Shown here piece after piece: positions 11,794-24,194 of a stretch of DNA of 64,000 nucleotides; position 1 is the first letter of the stretch, and the number at the start of each line of letters is the position of its first letter. Made by a program: the position numbers and the translations under genes. Source of the DNA: Octopus vulgaris (lineage: Eukaryota); NCBI GenBank assembly GCA_951406725.2, contig OX597818.1, forward strand, positions 86,428,001 through 86,492,000. The letters are read 5' to 3'. The notes below the pieces were generated by a model that was not told the origin of the DNA, searched no databases, and saw nothing but the letters and a program-made list of their open reading frames with translations.

Positions 11794-11795
<2 letters not shown>
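11300..11795 (+). mobile_element. Retrozyme-like element: ~1.4 direct-repeat units with hammerhead-like core
   Basis: Direct repeat of 11341-11435 at ~11673-11795; inverted arms 11473-11495 and 11600-11625; CTGAGGA at 11530, GAAA at 11552, GTC at 11560. Confidence 0.5.
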
Positions 11796-11853
<58 letters not shown>

Positions 11854-11953
11854 TATTTAAATAGACAAATGAATTATCTTATTACGGATAATTCGAAAGA
11901 TAACCGATACCTGGGTAGCAAACTCACAGCAGAAAAAGCACGGTGAAAATAGG

Positions 11954-12439
11954 TTGAATAGTTTCGAATCCAGCAGTAATTTTTACAACCATCATAGAAA
12001 TAAGAACGCTGTATTAGTATCGGAAACTAATCCCAATAGATTAAGGTTCTTATCAAATAACTCCAAAATTAGAAACACCACTTACCAGTGCAAAATTTCT
12101 ACTGGATCCGATGTCTACCTCTATATTGGCGCAACCTCCTCTAAATTAACCACAAGGATATCAAATCATTTTTCCACGTTCTGTGATAAGAGTAAACAGC
12201 ACGCCACGGGGCTAAGCAAATTAGTCTGGCGTTTGAAGAACGCAAATTCAACCGTTAAGCTGGAATGGTCAATATTATCGGTGTCCTTACCGTTTGATAA
12301 GGGCAGAAAAATCTGTGCCCTCTGTATTTCCGAACTCTTTCATATTCTGTTTGCCCGAGGCCAAGTAATAAACTCGATTGTCGAGAGATCTTTCAGATGC
12401 CTGCACTGGAAAAAGCATACCTTTCACTCATACCAGTGA
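11954..12439 (+). pseudogene. Penelope-type GIY-YIG endonuclease domain (5'-truncated ORF)
   Basis: YQCKI...YIGATSSKLTTRISNH...TGLSKLVW.LK...WSIL...CALCISE matches the Penelope-like endonuclease pattern. Confidence 0.88.
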
Positions 12440-13000
12440 AGTCTAATATAGATAACCCCTGGATTTCCTACAAAATTAAAATGTGATATCTCATCCCTTT
12501 AGTTTATAAGACTTTCTCATATTTGCTAAGAACTACTACCAATTCCAGCAATCTTGTCTCTTGTCATTACTATTGTGGGCTCCATCCGCCCTCTCCCTCT
12601 TAAGTTGACACATTCAAACACACAGACACAGTCTTTTCACCTCCTGACCGTTAATTCTTTTTCTCTGCCTTCTACACACACATTCACGCACTCACAGACA
12701 CACACACACACACATTAAGGCAATTTTACACACTCATACATACGAGCACTCATTCATAAAATAAATTAAATATAAACACCAGCCATACAGAATACATTCC
12801 CTCACTTTAATTTTCCTTTACCTTCCTTCTCCAACCTTGATTGAACCCTTGAACTATTTTAACTGACATTTTCTCCTACTTTCAACCAATCTGGCGTCAC
12901 CCCCTATAAATAGACATTATTTATCATTATCTCTATGGGCTCCTCGTGAGCGGTCATCGAAAAACTTGTTGTGCATTTTGTTGGAGAATTAAGTTCCTGG

Positions 13001-13086
13001 ATTTTCCTGAAGAGAAAGCTGCATAATGGACTCCTTATTCATTCGGAATTAGGAATTTTGCAGACTTCGAAACATATGTCGAAAAT
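13001..13086 (+). ncRNA. Type I hammerhead ribozyme
   Basis: Stem I ATTTTC/GAAAAT; CTGAAGA 13007-13013; stem II gaaagctgca/tgcagacttc; GAAA 13069-13072; palindromic stem III ACATATGT; predicted cleavage after GTC at 13080. Confidence 0.88.
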
Positions 13087-13135
13087 AAAATAAAGGAATT
13101 TTGTTAAATCTACGTTCAGCTCCATTCTTTCCTAT

Positions 13136-13203
<68 letters not shown>

Positions 13204-13206
<3 letters not shown>

Positions 13207-13403
13207 GGTGTCCCAGAAGTAGCGCACTATTCTGGTTTTCGTTTAAAATTATTAAAGCATTTTATTGTATTATATTTTTTCTGCATGTTTTATTGTAGAG
13301 GCTACTCAATTTGAGCATTTGTTATGATTAATGTGGTTTTGAAATCAGTAAGGGTGTATTCTTTTAAAACACCAGAGAGGTGCTCGACATCTGGGACACC
13401 CTG
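13204..13403. mobile_element. Tc1/mariner-type MITE
   Basis: Perfect 14-bp TIR CAGGGTGTCCCAGA/TCTGGGACACCCTG with TA on both sides. Confidence 0.92.
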
Positions 13404-13434
13404 TATGTACATATATATATATATATATATATAT

Positions 13435-14231
13435 GTTAGTTAGTTAGTTAGTTAATTTGGCTCAAAAGCAAATAGCAAGGCCATGTAGGGGGACATGGAG
13501 TTAAGTATAGGGTGGTGTTCATGTAAAGAGTTCAGGCCACTTGAGGTCAAGGGAGGCTTTGAACAAAGCGGTCGTCGGCATCTTCACCATCTCGTCTGGC
13601 AGCTTGTTCCACGGATCCGCAACCTGGACGGAGAAAGCTCCTCTCCTTCGATTGAGATGAAATCGTCGCAGGTAGAGCTTTTCGGAATGACCCCGCAGCC
13701 GACGCTCTGGAGCAGGAGTGAAGAACAGCTCTTTCAAGAGGTTACACTTTCCGCTTATGATGTTGTGGGCGAGAATGAGATCACCACGGCGGCGGCGTTT
13801 TTCAAGAGAATAAAGGTCGAGCGTCCTCAGCCTTTCTTCGTAGGACAAATTTTTGAGACCATGAACCATGCGGGTAGCCAGCTTCTGGACTCTTTCGAGA
13901 TGATGTATGTCTTTGAAGAGATAAGGAGAAGAGGCTTGAATCCCGTACTCCAATATGGGTCTCACCAGCGTGACATAGAGTGGTAGGAATATGGCTGCTG
14001 TGAGCATTCCGAATGACCTTCGAATCAAGAACAGAATTCCGCGTGCTTTGTTGGCAGCATGGACGCACTGGGCCGAAGGCGAAAAGGAGGAATCCACCAA
14101 GATACCCAGGTCCTTTACCTGATCGGTCCTCTCCAGTAGCAGACGACCCGGCTCGAAATCAAGTTGAGTTGCAGGAGGAGAGCCAACAGGCAGATGACAG
14201 CACTTTGACACGTTCAGACACAGGTCCCATT
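13435..14231 (-). mobile_element. CR1-clade LINE, 5'-truncated, young
   Basis: Stop-free 230-aa ORF2 C-terminus (KDLGILVD, LVRPILEY, LERVQKLATR, YEERL, RGDLI, LRGH, WNKLP), short 3' UTR and (AACT)n tail. Confidence 0.95.
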
Positions 14232-14233
14232 AT

Positions 14234-15560
14234 CAGTGGCGTCCGTTTAGTTTTTTATATAACTCAAAAATTAATTTAAGAACGTAATGTATTTATAACC
14301 ACATTGAAAAGCTGCCCATATCATTGGATGAGCTAAAATAGTTACTTTGTTTCAAAGGAAACCCGTCCAGATTCGATACGTTACTGTATTCCCATTCTGC
14401 TTCCCGTATCCATGCTTAATGAAAAATGCATATGAAATCTTTTGTCCTCCCCTTCCTATCTTTCAATAACTATCATTTCTCTTCTGCCTATCTGCAAAGT
14501 CAATGTCAGTATGATACTTTTTCATCCCGATAAAATAACTACGGAAGGCATGCTTTGAGAAAAACGCATGTTTATATATACAACTTTGTTTTTCCCCTCC
14601 CTTTCTATCAATTCTTCTTTGTCAACAATTCTTTGTAATTGATGTCGCTAACGTGACATGCTAAATGGTTGAATGAATTTGAGTTTTTGACCGTAGAAAT
14701 TCTGACCAAAACATATCAACAATCCCATAATTCTTAATTAGTCAACTCAAATGTTGCCGTTGATTCTGGAATATCTCTTTAGCTCTGTCGTAAGCTTTGA
14801 AATTATTATCATTAACCATTCTTTGTATTGATCAAATTTTCAAAAATTCTGAAATTAGAAATATAATATAGCTAATTAATCTTTCGTTAATTTATTAAAA
14901 TTATCTTTCCGACTCACATACACTTACACATACATACACTATTACTTTCATAAGATCTCTTTAGGATTTTCAAAATGACTAAAACATGCACACATAAATA
15001 TAAGTACACACATTGAAAGATGTGTGTGTGTGTGTGTGTGTCTGTGTGTGTGTGTGTTTATGTATAAATCATTTTGTATAAATAATTTTCTTTTACATTC
15101 TTTAAAGTTTTCTGTCATCATTAAGTAAATATAAATTACATTTCTTCCTTTTTTTTTATTTTTGCATGTCGCGATGTTTCGCATCTTTGCTATTCTCAAC
15201 AAATGAAAAGAGTCGCTAGTGTTTTTAGGGCTTTTTACAATGTTGAATTTTTGCTGTCTTTCATTGAGTGTGTGCTTAAGTATATGCGTGTATATGCAAT
15301 GTGCGCGCGCGCGTATGCGCGAGACGTAGTCTTTTAATGAACAGAGTACACTGCCTGATTAGTGAGTGCCAATTATTTTCCCGAAATTCGCGAGTAGCCT
15401 AATAAAGCAGCTGATTTGTCTTTGACAGCGTAACGGTCTAAACTCATGGCCATATTACGTAACTAAATGTGTTCTCATAGTGAAATAATTTCAGAATGAT
15501 TCAGCTCAACCAATAAGTATTTATTGCATGATCAGCCTCAGAAGTCACCGCACGCCACTG
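14234..15560. mobile_element. Putative non-autonomous hAT-like DNA element
   Basis: Terminal CAGTGGCGT/ACGCCACTG with partial further match. No clean TSD, but the left flank is displaced by the CR1. Confidence 0.5.
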
Positions 15561-15571
15561 ATATGTGTGTG

Positions 15572-15615
<44 letters not shown>

Positions 15616-15616
<1 letters not shown>

Positions 15617-16000
15617 TAGCAGTATCGTCCGGAGTTGCTCGGGTTTGTAAGGGAAATAACTATAAAGCATTTTTAGAGAGTTATAGCCAAAAAATGCATT
15701 AAAAATGGAAAAAAAATTATGGTAATTTTTTTTAAAATCGTTGACTCATCGTAGACATTTTTAGAGAGTTACTTCCCTTATATAATAGCGAAAAATGCAT
15801 TAAAATGGAAAAAAAATGATGGTAAATTATTTTTTAAATCGTAGACTCATCGTAGACGCGCGCTAATACCCAGAAGGGTTCGATATGAATCACGACTATA
15901 AGATACCCTGTTTTGGTTAAACTGCATCGCAAAATGTGGGAGTAGTTAGGAATCTAAATCGGAGTAGACAGACACACAACCTTTCTTTTATATATAAAGA
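15616..16000 (-). mobile_element. Non-autonomous Helitron
   Basis: 5' TC, 3' GC-rich hairpin plus CTAG, inserted at A|T; same family as 29607-30002. Confidence 0.88.
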
Positions 16001-16139
16001 TATATACAAATTCGGTGCGTATTGCGTTTCATTACATGATAAATGAAAAAATGTATGGTAAATAAACAAACGACATAGCGTATACTGAATGTAAAAATGA
16101 ACGGGGAACAAACAGAAGGTCCGTAATTCTTCATCAGTT

Positions 16140-19100
16140 ATCAACCAATTGGTAATATTCAGTATCTTAGACCCGGTTAACATGAAAGGAAGAAATTAAG
16201 AAACATCCCAGACATTGGAAGACAATAAAAAACCTTAGAGTCGTAGAGTTTCAGCCACAACATGCAAACTGGATGTTGTGGCTGAAACAAACTGGATGTT
16301 GTGACTGACACAGAAGTACGCTTTGGAATGCAACCAATAGTATGGTTTCGTGACATACGACATCGCAATAGCGAAACCTGCCATCAGAACCCAAGATACC
16401 GAAAGTCCGACTTTCGACAACATATTCATAATGTTCGGCCATTTTCATCTTCAGATGTGCAGTTTCAAAGCAACTGGCAAACTATTGGCCGAGTCAGGTG
16501 ACCCAAGAATCCTTACAGAGTGCGACAACGTACTTACACCTGGATCGTTGAAGGGATTCGAGTCTGACACCCATTTCAACAGATGTAAGCGGCTGCATCC
16601 AATCATGGCTCTCGTATTCGAGTGTCTTCACTTCAAAGCATTCCTTCAAAGCTATGAAGCTGACGACATCGAAGTCCAGCTTGCGGTGGAAGAGGCACTC
16701 GGTACCCCAACTTGCGCTGTTACTTCCGATATGTTGGAGAAAGTCATCTCTGATTACATAAAATTTTCGGAAGAGACAAAGGACGGAGCTCGAGGACCTA
16801 CCGCTCAATTCTGGATGGATTACATCGAAAGAATGCATGGTTATCAATGTTGACTTTTATATACTCTCTTACTCCGATCATCTCTCTGCTGTTCGCAACC
16901 GATCGACAGAACTACGCTAGGTATATGACGAAGTACCAGCTAGATCTTATGAACATAGACGAGACACACCCTAGATTAAGAGGCTTGCTTGATCGTGGTG
17001 GGTTCACTATTTGTAGAACGAGTAATTCGTTCTCAAGGTGTCCTATCGATCTAACACTGGAACAGACAATCAATGCTGATGCTGCTTCTCAGCTCACGGG
17101 GTTGTCAGCTATGACGAACAACTATACAGCCAGACTCCGTTGGATGTTCACCATGTCATCTCGTGCTGCTATTGTCACTGATCTGGTGGAAATGGCAGGG
17201 ATGGGCACCACAGATTCAACTGTAGCTGAGCAGCGACCGGCAAGAGTCATGCGAGACCGATCAGATTTGGAAAAAGTGATCGCGCAGATAGAAAAATCCT
17301 GGAACACTTTCACCCTTACGAACACGACTGACCTGATCAACATACATACGGGAAAGGCATGCAGTGAAAATGTGAAGAGAAGCCTGCTCGATATTCGAGC
17401 GACTGGCAAAAACATGCACGAAACATTCGTACTCAATTGGCTCTCTCATGTGCAACGCTCTGCCTGGATTTCCCACATTTACAGGCTGTGACTACACATC
17501 TTTTGACAGGCAAGGAAAGATACGACCTCTTCAAATCCTTGAGCAGAACACAGAATTTCAGTATGCATTTGCCAAGCTAGGCGATGCCGACCCAGACCTG
17601 GAAACATTCACCGTTATAGAAAGATATACCCGTCGCATATATCGCCAAATATGCTGTACCAGCACCAACGACGCTCGTTACGTAGTCTTCGAGAAAGCAT
17701 TCTCCCCATGCGTTAAAGCAAAAGATCCACTCGAGAAACTGAAGGGGATCGACGCAAGCAGTCTACCACCGTGCCGCAATGAACTTTTGCAACAACATCA
17801 ACGTGCAAGATTCGTTGCGAACTTTTGGAGAGATGCCGGGCAATTGTTGCTTGAACAACAACCGCAGATGGGAACTGATCGATAACAAATACACGATCAT
17901 CTGGTTCCAAGGCGGGGAACTGCCTGCCAGTCTGACAGGAGAGACCAGCATCACTGCCCATTGACGAGTTCAGTGATGACGAGGATACTATGTTGACCGT
18001 ATCCTCTGGTGACGAGCAGTCAGACTCCGGTACAGAATGGAATACACAATGCAGCCATCTGGATAATGAGGCATCATGTACCAATACCTCTACTCTTTGG
18101 TGTAGACGTATTGATAGATTAAAAATGCCATGGCGTATGTGTTGTTTAGAGGCAGTATGAGAATTTGAATATCTAGCGTTAAGTATTTACATATTTGTTC
18201 ATCATACAAAACTTTGTTAATTCCAACAATGCGAGTAAGGGGTTTCGATGCTCACTATTATACTTTCAATCCAATCTAGCTTAGTAAGCCATGGTTTTGC
18301 CAACAGGCCAAAGCTGCCACATGGTACGTAAACGTTTCAATTCGTCGTTGGTTTCAAATAGCCAGTTTGCATTTATGTGACATTTTTGTCCAAGGGGCAA
18401 GTTGCCCTTTGTTGTAGTTTTAATCCATTTTTTGCTTGTAACAGTCATTTTAAATTTTTGTAAAGTTTGTGACAGGACAAGTCACCTTTAAGAGAAAAAT
18501 TACTGCTTTAAAAATTAATTTTATTCGAATGAACGAAAGCAACATGCATTATTTGTTGACAGAAGTCAGCATCAGTAATGGAGGAAGAATTCCGATGCCA
18601 TGCAATGGAAAATCAACATTTTTTCAGTTAAAGGTGTTTTCCATATTCAATAGAGGAGGATATGTTAATTAGTCAAAATGCTTCTTAAATTAGAGATCCA
18701 TACCAATCAGTCTTACATACTATGATTATATTTAGTTTGACGAGCCGAATATTTTTGTGAAAGAATTTAAACCGGAGCAGAAAGTCTAATTAAGACCTAA
18801 TTAATGATCTAATTAAAGATTTCTTATTGTCCTCCAATACCTGGGACGTTTCTTAATTTCTTCCTTCCTTGTCGACTGGGTCAACTGGGTCTAAGACATG
18901 TTTCTATGTTGCATTCATCACGTAGCTTGAAAACAGTGTTTCTGTATGTTTCTTCTTAATTAGTGCATAGTGATTAGTAGAAAATGCTTCTTAAATTAAA
19001 AATCCATACCTAAAAGGGTTCTTGAGTGACATGAATAGATTCAGTTAGGTTTAGTGAACATTTCTGCGAAGTAATTGACGCTGGAGCAGAAAGCCTAATT

Positions 19101-19400
19101 AATTCCTGATTACGTGTCTAATTAAAACTTCTTAATTTGTCTTTCCATACCCGTTTTTTTTTCTTACGTTTTCATTTAAGTATCACTTGTGTCTAAGGAG
19201 TAACAGTCAATGTAATTCATTACTGGAGCTTAAAGTCTAATTAAATTAATTATTTACGCAAGTTGATTATCTCATAATTAGTTAATCCATACCTAAGCAT
19301 ACTTAAGAATCACGTTTCATTGTATTAGGACCATTTGTACACACACTGTGCCCTGCTAATATTTTGGAGTTTCAAGTCTAATCAAATCAGGACTGGCTCC
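16140..19400 (+). mobile_element. Academ (AcademX)-type DNA transposon, internally deleted
   Basis: Transposase and nuclease remnants between inverted repeats (16163-16236 vs ~18817-18897), with ~300-bp tandem subterminal repeats at 18665-19390. Exact termini are uncertain. Confidence 0.72.
16240..18120 (+). pseudogene. Academ-type transposase/XPG-like nuclease pseudogene (frameshifted)
   Basis: VTYDIAIAK..FGHFH..HFNRCKRLH; NYARY..DLTLEQTINADA; ALPGFPTFTGCDYTSF..GK (H3TH-like); LPPC..L.QH.RA..W; acidic tail. Confidence 0.8.
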
Positions 19401-19404
19401 TGCA

Positions 19405-20437
19405 TTATTTCTATTATAGGCACGAGGCCCGAAGTTTTTCTTTTATTTTTTTTTGGTGGGGTGACGGGTAGATAGTCGATCACTTCGATCTCAGTGCTCT
19501 AGTGGTACGTATGAAAGACAAATTCGGTCTCTGCGGAATTTGAACTCAGAACGTATTGTCTGGCGAAATGCCGCTAAGCATTTTGTCCGGCGAGCCAACG
19601 ATTCTGATAGCACACCACTTTGATAATTATTTCAAATTTTTTTCCTTAAGAGTAGCTTGGGAGCGGGAAGGTGGGGATCAAGTCGATTACATCGACCCCA
19701 GGGTTCAACTGGTACTTATTTTATTGCCCACAGAATGGATGAAAGGCAAAGTCGACCTCGGCGGAATTTGAACTCACAACTTACCGACGGGCGAAATACC
19801 TATTTCTTTATTACTTACAAGGGGCTAAACACAGAGTGGACAAACAAGGACAGACACACGGATTAAGTCCATTATATCAACCCCAGCGCGTAACTGGTAC
19901 TTAATCTATCGACCCCGAAAGGAGGAAAGGCAAAGTCGACCTCGGCGGAATTTGAACTCAGAACGTAACGGTAGACTAAATACCGCTAAGCATTTCGCCC
20001 GACGTGCCAATGCTTCTGCTAGCTTGCCACCAATTCACCACTTTAATAATTCTTTCTACTGGAAGCACAAGGCCTCAAATTTGGGGCAAGGGTTTAAGTC
20101 GATTGCATGCGTAACTGGTAGTTATTTAATTGACCCCGAAAGGGTAAAAGGCAAAGTCGACTTCGGCGGAATTTGAACTCACAACTTACCGACGGGCGAA
20201 ATACCTACTTCTTTATTACCCACTAGGGGCTAAACACAGAGAGGAGAAACAAGGACAGACAAACAGATTAAGTCGATTATATCGACCCCAGTACGTAACT
20301 GGTACTTAATTTATCGACCCCAAAAGGATGAAAGGAGAAGTCGACTTCGGTGGAATTTGAAATCAGAATGTAGCGGCAGACGAAATTCCGCTAAGCATTT
20401 CGTCCAGCGTGCTAACGGTTCTGCCAGCTCGCCGCCT
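19405..20437 (-). mobile_element. Tandem array of family B SINEs (three units, two composite)
   Basis: Repeated GAAAGGCAAAGTCGACCTCGGCGGAATTTGAACTC with similar spacers (caccacttt..taat). Confidence 0.92.
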
Positions 20438-20809
20438 ACTCACCAGTTTAATAAAAAGACTGTGAAGTTGTATAGGAGCATTTTTGCGTGGAGGGGAAAC
20501 AAAGTTGGTAGTAAAAAAGATGAGAGTATTCTGAGACTGTAAATGTAGAGAATGTTATGCGGTACTAGAGCCAAAGGATGATACAAATGTTGGTTAAAAG
20601 TTCACCTGATTGCATGAGCCTTCATTGAGAGAAATCAATCGATAGAGAAGCTATAGGCTGTACGTGGTTTTTGTTTTGCTTTGGGTTTTTTGGGGGGTTT
20701 TTTGCTGCTTTTTTTAAATCTAGTATTTATGTGAAACAACTGTTATAGAGTAGAACTGACATATTGGTTGGCGAGATGGCTTGTGGGATTTGTGTGTTGG
20801 TTGGTAAGA

Positions 20810-21462
20810 TGGAAGAGATCGGTGAAAAATGGAGAGAGAAGGGAAGAGAGAGAGTTTGGGTGAGCGAGAAAGGGGCAGAGAGAGAGAGAGAAAGAGAAAG
20901 AGAGGAAAATAGGAGCGTTGACTGATAGAAGGTCGTACTTGTTACGGATAGAAAGAGGGAGTGAGGGAAGGAGAGAGAGAGAGAGAAAGGAGTAGAGGGA
21001 CAGACGGGCAGATGGGCAGACGGACAGACAGAGGAGAGAAAAAAGGATGCGTAAAAGGATCAAAGCAAAACTGAAAGGGAAAACAAAAAGACGGAAACAA
21101 AATACAATAAAAAAAATGGAGTTGCGGGAATAGGAAGAACTTATTAACAAATCAGAGGGGAAATGGTAAAAGCGGGAAGAGCTTGAAGGCAGAGGAGGAG
21201 GAGGCAGGGGAGGAGGAGGAAGGAAGGAAGGAAGGAAGGAAGGAAGGAAGGAAGGAAGGAAGGGATGAAGGAAGGAAGGAAGGCAGGAGGAGGAGGAAGG
21301 AAGGAAGGGATGAAGGAAGGAAGGAGGAGGAGGAAAAGAAGAAGAAGAAGAAGAAGAAGAAGAAATAATATCACATTGCTGAGACAAAAGAAAGAGAAAA
21401 AAGACACAGTTACAGAGAGAAGGGAGAGAGGGAGAGAGAGGAAGGGAAAGAGAGAGAGACAG

Positions 21463-21508
<46 letters not shown>

Positions 21509-22030
21509 AAGATGTAGAGTGACAGCGAATAAGAGGTGAGAGAGAGGAGTGTGATAGAGGGACAGTGAGAGGGAGAGAGAGACAGTGAAAATGTAGAGAG
21601 TGACAGAGAATAAGGGGTGTGAGAGGGAAGTGAGTGACCGAGTGAAAGAGCAAGAAGCGGAGAGAGTGAGACAGACAGAGAGGTAGAGAGGTAAAGAACG
21701 AGAACGTAAGAGACAGTGAGAGAAAGTGTTGAAGAGTATGAAATAGAGAGACAGCGAGAGAAAAAGAGAAAGATAGAAAGGAGAAAGAGAGTGGCAGAAA
21801 GAGGTCGAGGTAATAAGGGTAAGAGAGAGACAAAGAGGGAAAAGAAGAGAAATTGAGAGAGAGAGAGAGATAGAAAAGGGAGAGAATGAACAACAGAGAG
21901 ATAGATAGATAGATATATATAGAGAGAGAGAACGCAAAAGATATGAAAGGAATAAATAAATAAATAAATATATAAAAAAGAAAGCAAGAAAAAGAGAATA
22001 AATACAGAAAACAAAGAAAACAAACAGAAA
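20810..22030. repeat. ~1.2-kb purine-rich low-complexity tract with (GGAA)n, (GAA)n and (GA)n
   Basis: Strong G/A strand bias; explains the minus-strand S/L/F-rich ORFs. Confidence 0.93.
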
Positions 22031-22210
22031 ATAAATAAATAGTCGTTGTGTGGTTGTGACAGTGCGAGGGGACGAGGAGAGGGTGAGGCCGAAGGTAGGG
22101 AAGAAGGAAACGGTAAAAATCTGTTATTTGAAGAATCTAATTAATGGCAACAACGGAACAAGAAAAAAATATATAGTGAATATGTGGAAAGCTGTAGGGA
22201 GAAAATACTG

Positions 22211-22257
<47 letters not shown>

Positions 22258-22278
22258 GCTTCTTTCTCGTATATATAC

Positions 22279-22347
<69 letters not shown>

Positions 22348-22432
22348 GATGTGCATGCACATATAGATATCCATGCATGTGTATACATATGTGTAATACA
22401 TACATATGCACATGCGTGCACACACACAAACA

Positions 22433-22507
<75 letters not shown>

Positions 22508-22629
22508 AACATCTACCGACAGAACACATTTCACGCATATATTCGTGGAAATAAACACACACACGTGTGTCTATGTGGGAGTGTACGTGTTTATAACTCC
22601 ACACACACACACACACACATACACCCCCC

Positions 22630-22672
<43 letters not shown>

Positions 22673-23039
22673 GGGAGTGATATGTATTCTATATGATTAT
22701 ACACGTACATATTTATGTAGGTATGCGGCTTTATATGTCAACGCACACATGTTTTTATGTGTGTATGTAAGTGTGTGTGTGTGTGTGCTTCTTTAAAATT
22801 TGAAACGTGTTGATATCTATATATGTTTATATGACCATACACACACACATACACACACACACACACACACATATACGTATGGGTGTGCGCATGTGTCGTA
22901 GAATTGCAAACACAAACAAAATTACACACACGTACAAACACACGCATATTTCAAAGTAAAGGTCAAGAACCAGAGATGTTTGTATCATATTGATATTCAC
23001 AGAGAACATCATTCAAAATATGTGTGGCATGCCGAAAGT

Positions 23040-23600
23040 TAACTGTTGTTTTGAGTCAAAAGTTTTGCAATATTTTGGTAACTTATTGGCTTTATTCGTC
23101 AAGTTACAACAAAAGACGTGTTGCACCGCCTGAAGCCACCTTTCTGCTAGTTCTTTGTTCCCACGCTGACACCAGTTCTTGTCCTTCGAGGCGAAGAACT
23201 CTTTCGTTGAAGCTTCCACCTCCTGTTGGTTAACGAAGCATCGCAAGCGCAGGAAGTGAAACATGGATCGGAACAAATATTTACCTGAGGGGACAGGTTC
23301 GCGCTATATGCTGCGTGTGGCACCAGTTCGATTCCCTCAAGTTCCTGGATGTAATCCCGAGTCGTTCGAGCTGTATAAGGTTTTGCGTTGTCTTGCTGCA
23401 GAAGAGTTCACTTTCTGTTAACCAATGCCGGGTATTTTTGCCGAACGTTGTTTTTGACGCATCCTTAAAACTTTTCTTTTGTTTATATTTCGAAACTATA
23501 CTTCTAGTGAAACAACTTATCCTGCATTCTAGTAAGGTGCCCAGCCCAACACATCTGATTGCGTATGAGGGGTACTTCAACTCTGGAGGTGTTGGCTCGC
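23040..23600 (-). mobile_element. mariner transposase remnant (C-terminal part)
   Basis: LLQQDNAKPYTA..ELEGIELVPH, then YLFRSMFHFLR..F.NQQEVEASTKEFFASKDKNW.QRG.KELAERW. Confidence 0.88.
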
Positions 23601-23880
23601 TAATGAACAACGGCGTCTGGTGTTAGAGACTGCCATTTGATGCATAAGAGTCTCTTTAGGCAAGTTTGATGGAATCTTTCCAAGACTTTGTTGTGATGAC
23701 AATACGTAGTGCAAATCTCAGGAGAATATAAAAGGGCAGTTAGGACATTTTGGCAATGATATCGCTGTCAGACCACACACGATTTTCGAGGTTTCCAAAA
23801 GCTTTGCTGGCTTTTGCAATCCTCCAATGTATTCTAGAATCAAAGGAGCCTTCTCAAGAGACAAACCTACACAAATACTG
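23600..23880 (-). mobile_element. RTE-clade LINE internal fragment
   Basis: RIAKASKAFGNLENRVW..LLYSPE..TTY..VLERFHQTCLKRLLCIKWQ. Confidence 0.85.
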
Positions 23881-23923
23881 CACTCTCACACATGTGCGCG
23901 CGCACACACGCTTATATTTACTT

Positions 23924-24030
<107 letters not shown>

Positions 24031-24194
24031 CACACATTCACACATACGATTCAAAGGGCGGATGAACTCTTTAGTAGTCATCGGTCATCCAACAAAAATG
24101 TGTGCACATATGTATATATTGCTTTTATATATCTTATCTATATTCTTAAATCTCATATATTTTAAACTTTTTTTTATCTATTCATATATATATG

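Larger units (their letters stand above)
11850..13140 (+). mobile_element. Penelope-like retroelement 3' part (GIY-YIG endonuclease plus terminal repeat with hammerhead)
   Basis: GIY-YIG ORF followed by a canonical hammerhead; flanked by (TA)n on both sides. Confidence 0.9.

Noticed and set aside
13495-13986. 163-aa plus-strand ORF
   Set aside because: Antisense shadow of the CR1 ORF2.
20743-22023. 426-aa minus-strand ORF and overlapping ORFs
   Set aside because: Open only because CT-rich low-complexity DNA lacks stop codons; no domain is recognisable.
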